Shown piece after piece: positions 52,201 through 64,000 of a stretch of 64,000 bases of DNA (positions are counted from its first letter, which is position 1; each line of letters starts with the position of its first letter). The DNA is from Proteromonas lacertae (lineage: Eukaryota). The notes beneath the pieces are model-generated. The model was not told where the DNA came from. It saw only the letters and a list, made by a program, of their open reading frames with translations, and ran no database searches. Both the position numbers and the translations under genes were made by a program. The DNA is taken from positions 1 through 64,000 of the forward strand of contig NGBS01000609.1 of NCBI GenBank assembly GCA_002245135.1. The letters run 5' to 3'.

Positions 52201-53846
52201 AGTTGTTTTCTGCTTATTTGCATTGTCTAATTTTATCACTTTCTTCTTCAATTCTTCATTTTCATTACATAAATACTCTATTTCACTTTGTTTATCACTT
52301 AATTTGGCTGTTAATTCATTAATTCTATTCTCACTGATGGTTAAAACTACACTATTATCTGGATTTTGTTCAATGGATTGGTTTAATAATATACTTAATT
52401 GTTCATCATTTTTCATTTGTTCATTTTTATATTTTGAATTTTCTTCTTTTAATTTTTCAATTGTTTTTTCCTTTCATTTCATTCTGTTGTTCTAATAATT
52501 CAATTTCTTCAATTTTACTATTTAATTCAGATTCTAATCCTTGTAATAGATTTGTGTCATCATTCATTATGTTTCAATTCAGAGATTTGCTTTGTTCAAA
52601 TCATTTATTAACTCATCGGATTGTTTTTGTACACTTTTAAATGATTCAATTGTATTATTGATCTCATCATTCTTCATTTCTATCTCTTTTTTCAATTCAT
52701 TTATTATTTTATCCTTTTCTCTTACTATTTCTATATCTTCAACATCTTGTTTTAAGTCTCTAGTTGATGTTTTATATTCTGTTTCATAGGTTTCGAGTTT
52801 ATTTTGAAGGATATTTAATTTACTTTCTTGAGACATTATTTCTTTAATGAAATCATCATTCTTTTTGTTTAGTTTGTCAAGCTCATCCTCAAGCTTTTCA
52901 TTTTTGAGTTTTAATTCTTCTTTTTCTTTCTCTATATTATCATTTTCTTCTTTTATTTGTTGTATTTCTTTATTTAATTTGTCAAGCTTTTCTTCAAGCT
53001 CTTGCTTGTTCTGTTTCAATTCATTCTTCTCATTTTCTTTAATTTCTATCGTTTTTGTAGATTCATTCGACTCATTGGTTAGTGTCTCAAGCTTCCTTTC
53101 TAGCATTTCCCATTCTGGTTCAATCTCTTCTTTCTTATTCTCTAAATCTTCTTTTTCTTTTCTTATTTTCTCGAGCTCATTCTCAAGCTTTTCAATTTTT
53201 AATTTCATTTCTTCCTTTTCATTTTCATTTTCCTTTTTCAATTGTTCAATTACTTTCTGTGATTTCACAATCTCTTCATCTTTTCTTCCAACAGTACTTT
53301 CTAATTCATTCATTTTCTTCATCATCTCGTTATAACCATCATATCTTTCATTTGATTGGTTGATTTGTTGGTGTAAACTATCAATTTCCTCCTTTAATCC
53401 CTTTAATTGTATCTTCATTATCTTTAATTCTATTTTTTAAATTCTCAATAATTCTCTGTTTAGTTTCAATATTCATTGACATTTCACTATTTTCCATTGC
53501 AGTTTTTAGATAATTGATTTTCTAACTCACTTATTCTATCATTATATTCCTTAATTAATTCATTTCTTTCTGATTTTATATCATCATATTTATTGTTTAT
53601 ATCATTATAACATCCTATTTGTTGTTTAAGTGCTGAATTTTCACTGGAAAGTAAATTCATTTCACTTTGTAAAGTATTAATCTCCATTTCTGATTCTTTT
53701 ATCTTCTCTTTCAATTCTTTATTTTCATTTTCCATTTCATTTATTCTATTCTTTAATTCATCAATTTCTTTTTCTCTTAGTTTGATTGTTTCATCATAAT
53801 CAATTTCTACAACATCTTCACTATCTTCTTCTTCTTCACTTCCCTC

Positions 53847-53880
<34 letters not shown>

Positions 53881-56800
53881 GATTGTAATTCATTCAATCT
53901 CAATTTCAATTCTTTAATCTCCTCTTCTTTCATTATCAATTTATTCTCTAATTCGGTTTGAGTTTTAACTAATTCATCAACTATTGATTTAATATCATTA
54001 TTATTATCATCATCAGGTGTTGTCTTATTATCAATTAATCCACTTATCTCTTTCTCCTTCTCTACAATCTCTTTCTCTAATGACTGAATCTTATCATTCA
54101 ATTTCTTAATATCACTTTCTTTTTGTAGTAATAGACTATCATTCTCATTAACTTTACTCTTTAATTCATCTATTATTTCATCTTTCTCTTTAATTGTTTC
54201 ATCATATTGTATTTTATATCCTTCTACTTCACTGGCTCTTTGATTTATAGTATCAGATGCCTTCTTTATTATGTCAGTCATACTATCTCTCTCATCTTTT
54301 GCTGATCGATATAATGTCAATAATTCATCATATAATCTTTGTTGTTTTTGAATTTCAACGAAATCTCGTTGATGAGCATCTTCTGCTTCAGATATCTTTT
54401 GATTTAATTCATTGATTTGGTTATGTAAAGATTCAATTTCATGTTGTTGTGATTGTATACTTTTATTCAATTCATTTTTATTATTACCTCTATTTTCTTC
54501 ACCTTCTTCTTCTTCTTCTTCTTCATTCCACTCATAATGTGATAAACTCAAATCGTTTGATGATGATAATTGAATGCATTGTTTCTGTAGTTCCTTTATT
54601 TGATTTGATTTCTCACATATCATTTGATTGGAATTATTTAACGCTTTTAACATTTCACTTACTCTTTCTTCATATTGAGTTAGTAATAGATTAATATTGT
54701 CTTTTTCGGATATTATTCTATTATAATTGACAGTTAATTCTTCATTTTCATTTTCCAATTCTTTTATTCTGTCTTTTAATACTTCATTATCTTCTTCTAA
54801 TTCATTCACTCTTTCATTATTATTATCATTAATATTAAAAGATGAATTTGGATTAGTGATATGATTCAATAACTCCTCCAAAGTGGCTGATTTCCTGTTT
54901 AATTCTTTATTTAATTCATTTATTCTATTCTCATATTCTTCTTTCATCATTTCAATCTCTTCTTCTTCTTCATTATTATTATTATTATCAAAAGATATAT
55001 TTTTATTTTCCATCTCTCTTTCTAACATTTCCACTTGTGATTTCAATTCTTCATTGGTCTTTGTTAATATTTCATTATTACTATTTAACTCATTTATTTT
55101 GTCACTTAATTCAGTGATAGTATCACATTGTTTATCATTATCATTTCTACATATACTATATGATTCCTGTAGATCATTTAATGATGATTGTAATGATTTA
55201 TTTCTATTATTGGCTAGTTCTAATTCAGTCTCTAGTTTGGTTACTTTGCTATCTAATTCATCTATTTGTCTTTCATAATCATCAATTGCTAGTTGAGAGA
55301 TTGATTCATTATTATTACGATTATTACTTTGTAATTCTTTTATTTGTTGTTTTAATTCATTATTTTCTTTTTCTAAATCTGAAGTGTTGTTCGGATTAGA
55401 TTTAATCTCACTTATTCTACTAAACAACATATCAAATGCACTTGATTTTATCTCCAATTGTTTATTCAATTCATCACATTTCAATTGAAGTGATTTAGTC
55501 TCATCATTCTTCTCATTCAATTTTTCATTTAACAGTTTCATTTCTCCTTCTATTTCATTATTATTTGTGGAAGTATTTGTGGAAGTATATTCATCTAAAT
55601 GTGTTATTTCATTGCTATTATAAACACTCAATTGTCTTTCCAATAACACTTTCTCAGCAATCACTTGATTCAATTCATTCTTTATACTTTCAATTTCATT
55701 TCTATACTCTTCCTTATTTTTTGTTAATAATATTTCATATTGTTGGATATTCTTATTTAATTCATTAATTTCTTTATCTTTTTTACTTATAGATTCTATT
55801 AAATCATCATTTGTTTGCTTTTCTTGACTGATTGTATAGTTTAATGTATTGATAGCTGATTGTTTTGTTATTACATCTGATTCAAGGGTATTTATTTTAG
55901 ATTTATATTCATCATCTGTGTTGGAAGATTCTAAGATTTGAATTTTCTTTTTTAACTTCTCATTCTCTTGATGAATATTATCAATCATTATATTTTTACT
56001 ATTGATTTCATCTTCAAGAATTGTTATTTTACCTTCATATTTACTTTCAACAATCTGTTGGTTTGGTATTTCAGATTCATATTCAGTTATATTGTTTCTT
56101 AATTCAATTATTTGATTATCTCTATCAACTATATCTTGTTCAAGTTTAGAATTCTGCGATTGTAATTCGTCTATTCGTACTAATAACGACTTGTTTTCTA
56201 TATCTAATTTATCATATTTTGTATCAATTTCCATTATTTTATCATTCGCTTCATTTAATTGGATAGTCAATAAATTGATTTTTGTACAAGCCTGGGCTTG
56301 ATCTAATATTTCATTATTTTGATCAATCGATGTTGAGGTTGAAATCATTGAAGCATTTGTATTATTATTAAAATATGAAATAATAATATTTAAATTCTTT
56401 CTAATATTATCCATCAATTTCTGGATACTATCTATTACATTCTCTTTATTACTATTTATATTTATTATTTTACTCTTTATATCATCAGGTAAGTTATTAA
56501 ATTCATTAAATGATTCAATTATTGACTGTAAAGTAACTCGATAACTCTCTTGATCTTCTTGCAGGCATTCTAATTCACTTTGAAGTATAACAATTCTTGA
56601 ATCTAATTCTTCACTTATTTCAAATGATATTGTATCATCATAAATAGAGAGAATTGGATAATTTAAAAGTGTTAATTTTTGATATGATAAATCGAATGAA
56701 TCGTTACTTTCTCCTTCATCTCTTCTATTACGGATTGGTGTGATTAGAACATCTTCATTTTCATGGTTTATTATGGTAATTATATCTTTATTATTGACTA

Positions 56801-59358
56801 TTGCTAAACTCTTATCTTTTAGGAGTGATTCTAATTCTTCATTCTTCATAACCATTTCTTTAATTTTTTCATCTTTTTCTTTCATTTTCTTATCATTTTG
56901 TTGTTTTATTTCATTTATTTCATTCTCTAATTCATTATATTGTATTTGTATCTCTTCATATTTATCATTTATTATCTTATTATCATCTAATGATTTTCTC
57001 AATTGTTTGAGTAAGGTTTGAGTTCTTTCAGGTGAACCTACGTTCTTTGTAACGGCTACATCATGCAAATGTGAAATTTCTGCTTCCATTGTGGAGATTT
57101 GTAGTTGCAATTGATTAACTACATCATCTTTATCGTGAATTGAAGATTGTAATAGCTGAATACTCTTCTTTTGGTCTTTTATTAAGGATTTATTACCTTC
57201 ATTCTGCTTAATATAGTCATTATATTCATTCTTTAATATTCCATAAGATTCTTGAAGATCACTATATTGGGACTGAATTCGAGCTTGATTGGCTTGAAGT
57301 CGTTTCACATCCAAGTTTTGCTTGTTTATTAATTCCTCAAACTTTGATCGATCAATAGATATACGATTATATTGAGTTTGAAGTGTTTTATACTCTTCAT
57401 CTTTCATTTCTAACATTTGCTTCGCCTCATTTATCTCATTTTCTAAATCTTGCTTATTACTCTCATAATCACCTATCGAATCTTTAAGCTGGTCTAATTC
57501 ATTGTCTTTTAATTCATTCTCTTTATTAATTCTAGAAATTTGTTCAGTTAATTGTTGATTTTCTAACTCTACATTCTTCATATTTTTATTAATCTCTTCA
57601 TTCCTTTGTTCTTCTTCAGATAATTGGTTTTGTAACGCTTTCACTAACTCATGATATTCTTCTTCTTTATTTTGAGACTCTTTTACACTTTGTTTCATTT
57701 TATTTAACTCATTTTCTAACTTCTTTATCTTATTCTGATAGGTTGATTTATTATCCATTAATTGAGAATTATAATTGTGTTTTTGAACTTCAATTTCATT
57801 CTCTAAGCTGTGATTGGTTAGTTTTAATTGCTTTATAGTCGTTTCATATTCTTCATTCTGTAATTGCAATTCTTTCATTGCATTTTTATAAGCAATTTCC
57901 ATCTTCGATATTTCATTATTTAAACTCTTTTTATTATTCTCTTCTAGCTCTTTCTTTTCAATTTCAAATTTCTCTTTTATCTCATTTATATTCCTATCTG
58001 AATCTGATTTTATCTTATCTAATTCGTAATGCAAATCTTTATTTTCATCACAAACAATCTTATAATCATTTTCCACCTTACTGCACATTTGTTGTTGAGA
58101 TAATAATTTCTGTTGTAATTGGGTAAAATTTTCTTTCTTTATGTTATACTTTTCTATCAATTTTTCATGTTCTGAGACTAAATCATTATAATTATCTTTT
58201 AATATATTAAACTTCTTTTTAAACTCTTTATTTTGAGTATGAGTTTTTTGGCTATTTTCATATAATTCTTGTTTTTCTTTGTCTATTTTATTCATCTGTT
58301 TTGTAAGTTCAATTATTTGTTTATTGTAGTCTGATGTTGTTTCAATTCTTTGGTTTTTAGTTTTGATTTCTTCTTCTAGTGATTGTAACTTTGTCTGTAA
58401 ATCGTTGTTCAGATTCATAACATCATTGTATTTGTTCAATAAGTCCTTCTATATATATATTAATATATATATATATATATATATATACATTATTCTTATT
58501 ATTTTTTCTCAATTCAGCTATTTCACTAGTTAGTGTGTCTATTAATGAATCTGTTCTCATATCAATAAATGGATTCTATAACAAAATATAATAACAAAAA
58601 TAACTTATAAAAAAAAAATATATATAAGTAAAATAAAAAATAGATTTATATATATATACATTTATTGAAGTTTCTTGCATTACTGATCTTATTGTTTCTA
58701 CCAACACTTCAAAACATTGTTTATAATAATTCTGATAAGTATTTATCTGTCTATTCTCAGTCTGTAATGTAATTACTTCATCTCTTACGAGATTTATCAC
58801 TTTCATTATATTATCTTCACTCATTTTGAACATATTTCTGTTGGTTTGAATAAAGTCATAAATAAGATTCGATACAATGAATTCTACGACTTTGTTAGAT
58901 TTGAATTTGTCTTCATCTTCTTCTGCCATTAAAAAACTGATTCTACTTCTGATATTTCTTAAAATCTCTGCTAAATTCACATCCCCATATGTCGTAGAAA
59001 AACTCTTTATTTCTGGACTTCTACAAGTTAAGCATTGCTCAATTTTGTGTAAACTTTTCAACAGTACTATCACACACTCTCGATTCTCATATAAACTACT
59101 ACTACTATCTTTAAATAAAGTACGACTGATGTTGCTATCATTCGCACGACTTAGCAGTGATGAGTTCTGAGCTTTGGATGCAAACTTTGAAGTAAATGAG
59201 CTTTTTGACACAGAAGATTGGTTGTTATACAAAGATTTACCAGGTGATGACATTCTTGACAATGGAGCGCTTGGACTTCGATTCTTTAAAACTATTTTTG
59301 GAGAAGTAGAAGAGAAAGAACTTAATTGATTTACAGAATACACTTTAGATTGGTTCAT
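49288..59358 (-). CDS. Giant coiled-coil protein (>3,000 aa; few introns, apparent frameshifts near 52430-52580 and 53480)
   Basis: Successive E/K/N/L-rich heptad ORFs on one strand from ATG 59358. Confidence 0.75.
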
Positions 59359-60990
59359 TCTATTATTTTATAGAAAATTTATTTTGTTTATACCTCAAGA
59401 TGTTTATTTACTTTCTCTAATTACAAATATAAAATGATTAAAATTTAAAAATGGCTTGATTGATTCAAGTCTTTCAAAAATGATTTTGTTGATTTTTTCA
59501 TAGAATATATAGTAAATTCAGCAATACCATCGATTTTCGAAGTATTTCATTTGAATTATATGAATAGACGAAATAACTAATAGAAAAGTATAAGTGAAGT
59601 CTCTTTAGTTGTAGAAGATGAATGTGATATTGAAATGATAAAGATCATATGTAAATGTGATAAAAAGAAATAAGAGTTTTAAATGTGTAGAGGATCCCTC
59701 ATTTATGTTAGATTGTTATAACTCGAATATGAGTTGATTTAGAAAATATAATCTTTATCAAGTAATGATATTTGAAAGATAACTTATTTTTGTTAGATTG
59801 TTGTTTTTTTTTTCAGATGGTGGCTGTTTAACATCATTTGGTGAAGATGGTAGTTGTATATTTTTTAGAATAAAATCCTTTCATACACTTCTTGCTCGAA
59901 TTCTGATAAATAATACTTTAAATCAATTTTATCTTCTGATATTTCTATATTCTGTTTAACTGGTTTATAAGTTATTGGATCTAGTATTGGCTTTAAATGA
60001 GATATAAACCTATTCTCTACTTTTAATTGTTTAGAAGTTTTGCCTTTTGAAGAAACAAATATATAATGAAAATTTAACCATTTCATTTTCATTGACAGTT
60101 GAATAATACATTCATCAATTATTTCATTACATTCTCTTTTTGCTTTGCTTGGATCATTTATAATATGAATAAAACAGTTATTCATCAAATAAATCATTTC
60201 TCTATTCTCAACAGTTGCTAAATGAACTAAATACACACCTTTCATTTTAGTAGAATATATATCAACATTGAATAATTCTTTAAAAGTGTCAAATTCATTA
60301 TCATCATCTATTCTTTCTATTATTGTATTATTTTTATATTTTAATTTTTCTCCATTATATAAGCAGTTGTAAAATATTAGTTCTTCAAATAGTAATTGAA
60401 ATAATTGATGATCTTTTTTATTATAAATACTCCTAAAAATCTCTTGAATATCATTAATATCAGCTTTTTCAGCTTTGTGTTTTATGTTATCATAAATATA
60501 ATCAAATACTTCATCAGATATAAACTCCATTTCATATTCATTGATTCTATCATAATATTTGATTTTATTCACTTCATCTTTATATGGTATAGAATATTTC
60601 ACTATATAATGACATAATGTACTATCAAATCTTTCTGATTTATAATTAGATATTTTATCATTATAAGACTCACTTGGAAATAGATATTTCATTAAAAATT
60701 CCATATATCCAATACCTCCAATTATTCTCTTAATACCTATTGAGTATAACTCATCCCAATAATCTCTACCATAACATACATCATATATTGCTGCATAATA
60801 GATATGTCTTGGAACATTTCCATATTTACTATTGAATCCATTTATATATATTGAATATGTCAGTTTAGTTGGTAAACATTTTTCTTCCCATTCCTTTATT
60901 TCATCATTACTAAATACATCCATATAATAAAAGAATTTATTAGGATTATTTTTCTTAAAATTTTCATAATTCTTATAATCTGGTGAAGTA
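59222..60990 (+). repeat. Direct repeat of ~38871-40640
   Basis: Near-identical intergenic DNA and 3' coding region shared by copies B and C. Confidence 0.9.
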
Positions 60991-63010
60991 ACATATAATA
61001 TAATTGATGTTTTTGAATTTCTTTTGTGAAGGTTATATGAATCTGATATAGCTATTTCACATTTATTAGAATGATTAACTTCATTTACATTTTCTCCAAT
61101 TAATCGATATTTATTGGAAATATTATTATTGGCATTTTTAATTACTAATGCTTCAATTTTCAATCCAAGTGTATCTTCTATTAATTCCTCTGATTCTATC
61201 ATTTTAATTTTATCTTCATCCTGTTCATTCTTCATTCTTTCAATTCTTTTATTCAATTCAATGATCTTCATCAATATGAATATTATAAAAGAGGTTTTAC
61301 CACATCCTGGATTGCCTCTTAATAGAATATTGATAATTCTTGATATATTTTCTTTTAAGATTTTTCTTTTCAAAATTTTATCTTTCAAATCTTGTAAAAA
61401 GATTTCATAATCTGTATTACCATCATATTCTCTGATCTTAACATTTTGATCATCTTCATTTAAACATTCATTCAAGATATTTATTATTAAATTACTACAT
61501 TCTTTTTTTCGATAAATTAATAAGTTCTTCAATTTAACAAATAATATGATATATTTCAATTCATTCCAGATTTCTTTATAAACTTTTCGAATATACACTC
61601 TCTTTGTAGGATATTGATATGTTTCACATCCAATACTTATTGTATTATCATCATTTAGAATCACTGGATTTTCAAATATTCGACATAAATCATTTGTTTC
61701 TATTATCATTATATTTATATTTATATACTTGTGCAAGTTAAACAATAATCTGTTATATTACATTTCAATTTATTTAATGAATTATATGATGATATTAACT
61801 TTAATTTATAATCTTCACTAATAACAGCAGGTGATTCAATAAACTCTTTCAAGTGTTTTACTTCTTTATTTTCATCCAATTTTATATTTTCATTCACTTT
61901 CTTCCATTCATTTTTTATATATTTCATTAATTCTTTAATATCTTTATTTAACTCAAATTCATTATTACATTCATTTAATCTTTTTATTATATTATCATAT
62001 CTAATTATTGTATCTTTTAATAAACTTTCGTTATTAACATTATTTCTTTGATTAAAAACAATATCGTTGTTAAATTCATTAATCATTTCTCTAATATCTT
62101 TTTCAGGATTAATTTCATTTTTCAAAGGTTCTTTTATAAGTAAATTGGAATTTTCTTTTGGTGTTAATCTGAATGTTGTATTTGCTGTATATCTTTTCAT
62201 TTCTTTTTTAGCATCCATTTTACTTTTATCTTTATTATTGAAGTATCTATTTAAAATTTCTATTTCTATTTCTTTTGATGTAAACTTTATTCTTTCAGGA
62301 ATTATATCGATTCTATCAGTATCATATACGTAAAATCTTTCATTGTATGATGATGGTATGTATGATGTTAAAATATCTCTATCTGGATCAAATGTGAAGT
62401 TATTAACTTCACATTTTATTTCATACAGCTTATCCTCGCAGTAATTGATTTCTTCTTGTGTGAAAGGCAATAAATAGAATTGTATTGGACATCTTTTGTA
62501 TCTCATTTCTTTATACTTATCTGCATTGGGTGAAGATATCATTATCAATATCTCATAATTGTTGAAATCATCTTCTTTAATTTCACAATTATCACTAATT
62601 ACTATTGTTTTCCTGTTTGTATATGGCATATCTCTTGTTAGTTTATATTCTGTTCCATAAGCTTTTCGAAATAATTGCAACTTTTCTTCACCTTCAGATT
62701 TACTAACTATAACAACATTATATTCCTTAAAATCCTCATCTATATTCAAACAATAGCCAAGAAAATAGCAGAATGTTGTCTTACCTATTCCCCTGTTGCC
62801 ATACACTAAAAAACATTTTTGATAATTAAATTCAATTCCATTCTTAATATTACTCTTCATCTCACAATAAATCCGAATGAAGCAATCTCGGACTAGAAGG
62901 AATGGACTATCACAACTAAAGAATGCTTTGTCATTAATAATTTGCTTTTCAAGTTTTATTTTTCCTATTCCATCAAAATCAAAGTCGATAACACTAGTTG
63001 ATATTTCCAT
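59793..63010 (-). CDS. Crinkler/RHS-like tandem NTPase protein, copy C (shorter, diverged; lacks REase motif, coiled coil and repeats)
   Basis: GNRGIGKT and GNPGCGKT; one intron near 61700-61728; single-G deletion near 59880 relative to copy B. Confidence 0.75.
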
Positions 63011-63189
63011 AACTGAAGAAGGAAAGTTTGTAATAAGGAAATAAATGAGATTTGAAAATAATAACCGTTTCAATAAACACAAACTATATCAAGCTTTTGA
63101 ATATAAAACATTAAAATAGAAAGAAATGCTACTTCATTCGAGAAATAAATAGAAATATATAAAACATAAACAAAATAAAAAGTAATCAA

Positions 63190-64000
63190 TTATTTCTTCT
63201 GAATACTAAACAGACGAACTGCACTATCACCTCCACCAATCGCTAATAAACTTGGATCACTAGGAGAAAAATCTAAACTAAACACTCCTCGAGTTAAACC
63301 AGATATTGTTCCTATCAATTCATTTTTATTATCATGATCAAATATTTTTGTTTCATTTGAGCCACTACCACCAGCTGCAAATAAACAATCTTTACCTTTA
63401 CTGAATTCAGCTGTATATAATAAACAAGGTTCACCTTTATAACCACTCTGAAACCAAGGAACTGTTTCAATTAATTTGCCACTTGGATAATCCCATATCT
63501 GTAATTGTTCATCAGGTCGCCAAGAACCAGTTAAGATTTGATTATCTCGAATATCAACAGAATCTCCTGATATATGAGGTCCATAGAAACTTTGAACAGA
63601 TTCTTCCACTCTTAAATCCCAAATTTGTACAGTATTATCCCAGCCACCACTTATTAACACATTCTTATCGGTTGGATGGAATTTTAACGAAAATACACGG
63701 TTTGAATGTCCTGGTGCTGCTTTACCATAGCCTCCAGATAAGGTACTGATTAAAGCTTTACTAGACTCATCATATAATCTGACTTTATAGTCTTTACCTG
63801 CTGCTGCAAATACTTCACCATCTGGTCTATAATCTACACAAAGTAAGGGATTCTCTTTATCTGTTATAGTGTTTAAACATTTTCCTGAAGTTAAATGCCA
63901 ATGTTGAACATTACCGTCAGAATCTATTGTTTTTATATGAATTTATAAATATACCAACTGATAATAAAACATTCTTTGTTTTTGCACGACTGCCTTCAGG
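63190..64000 (-). CDS. WD40-repeat protein, 3' part
   Basis: GHSNRVFS, ISGGWDNTVQIWD, QLQIWD repeats; runs off window end. Confidence 0.9.

Noticed and set aside
59131..59144. TGCTATCATTCG as the downstream TSD of copy C
   Set aside because: Only a gapped match to TGCTACTTCATTCG at 63127, and it lies inside an intact coding region
49288..59358. Plus-strand F/S/L/I-rich ORFs (e.g. 52847-53335, 54883-55278)
   Set aside because: Antisense shadows of the E/K/N-rich coiled-coil gene
1..64000. CRISPR arrays, tRNA or rRNA genes
   Set aside because: No regularly spaced repeats or recognisable structural RNA seen by eye; a covariance-model scan was not possible

Overview
AT-rich eukaryotic (protist) DNA in the standard genetic code, with dense genes split by tiny (~25-40 nt) GT-AG introns. 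This resembles Blastocystis/Proteromonas-type gut stramenopiles (inference only). Host genes: surface protein, LRR protein, NOL12/Rrp17, phosphatidate cytidylyltransferase, GEX1/Brambleberry, SNRNP27, bacterial-type acyltransferase-3/SGNH, VPS13, MRH-GH29 fucosidase, LicD, a giant coiled-coil protein and a WD40 protein. The main structure is a ~20-kb quasi-palindrome (26078-45823). Each arm carries a spliced ~1,950-aa Crinkler/RHS-like gene (P-loop NTPase, REase-like motif, coiled coil, 17-aa repeats, second NTPase), and each gene unit is bracketed by a 13-14-bp direct repeat (ATAATAATGAGTA) that looks like a target-site duplication. One unit drags along ~570 bp of flank from a third, shorter copy at 59.8-63.1 kb, suggesting an undescribed DNA-level NTPase-REase mobile element. 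The centre holds a decayed virus-like polyprotein (membrane segments plus a C-terminal adenain-type protease) and two TGTTG...CAACA MITEs with 5-bp TSDs. A second intronless virus-like block ends at 2624. Scattered single-base frameshifts, also in host genes, suggest assembly indel errors, so pseudogene calls are tentative.
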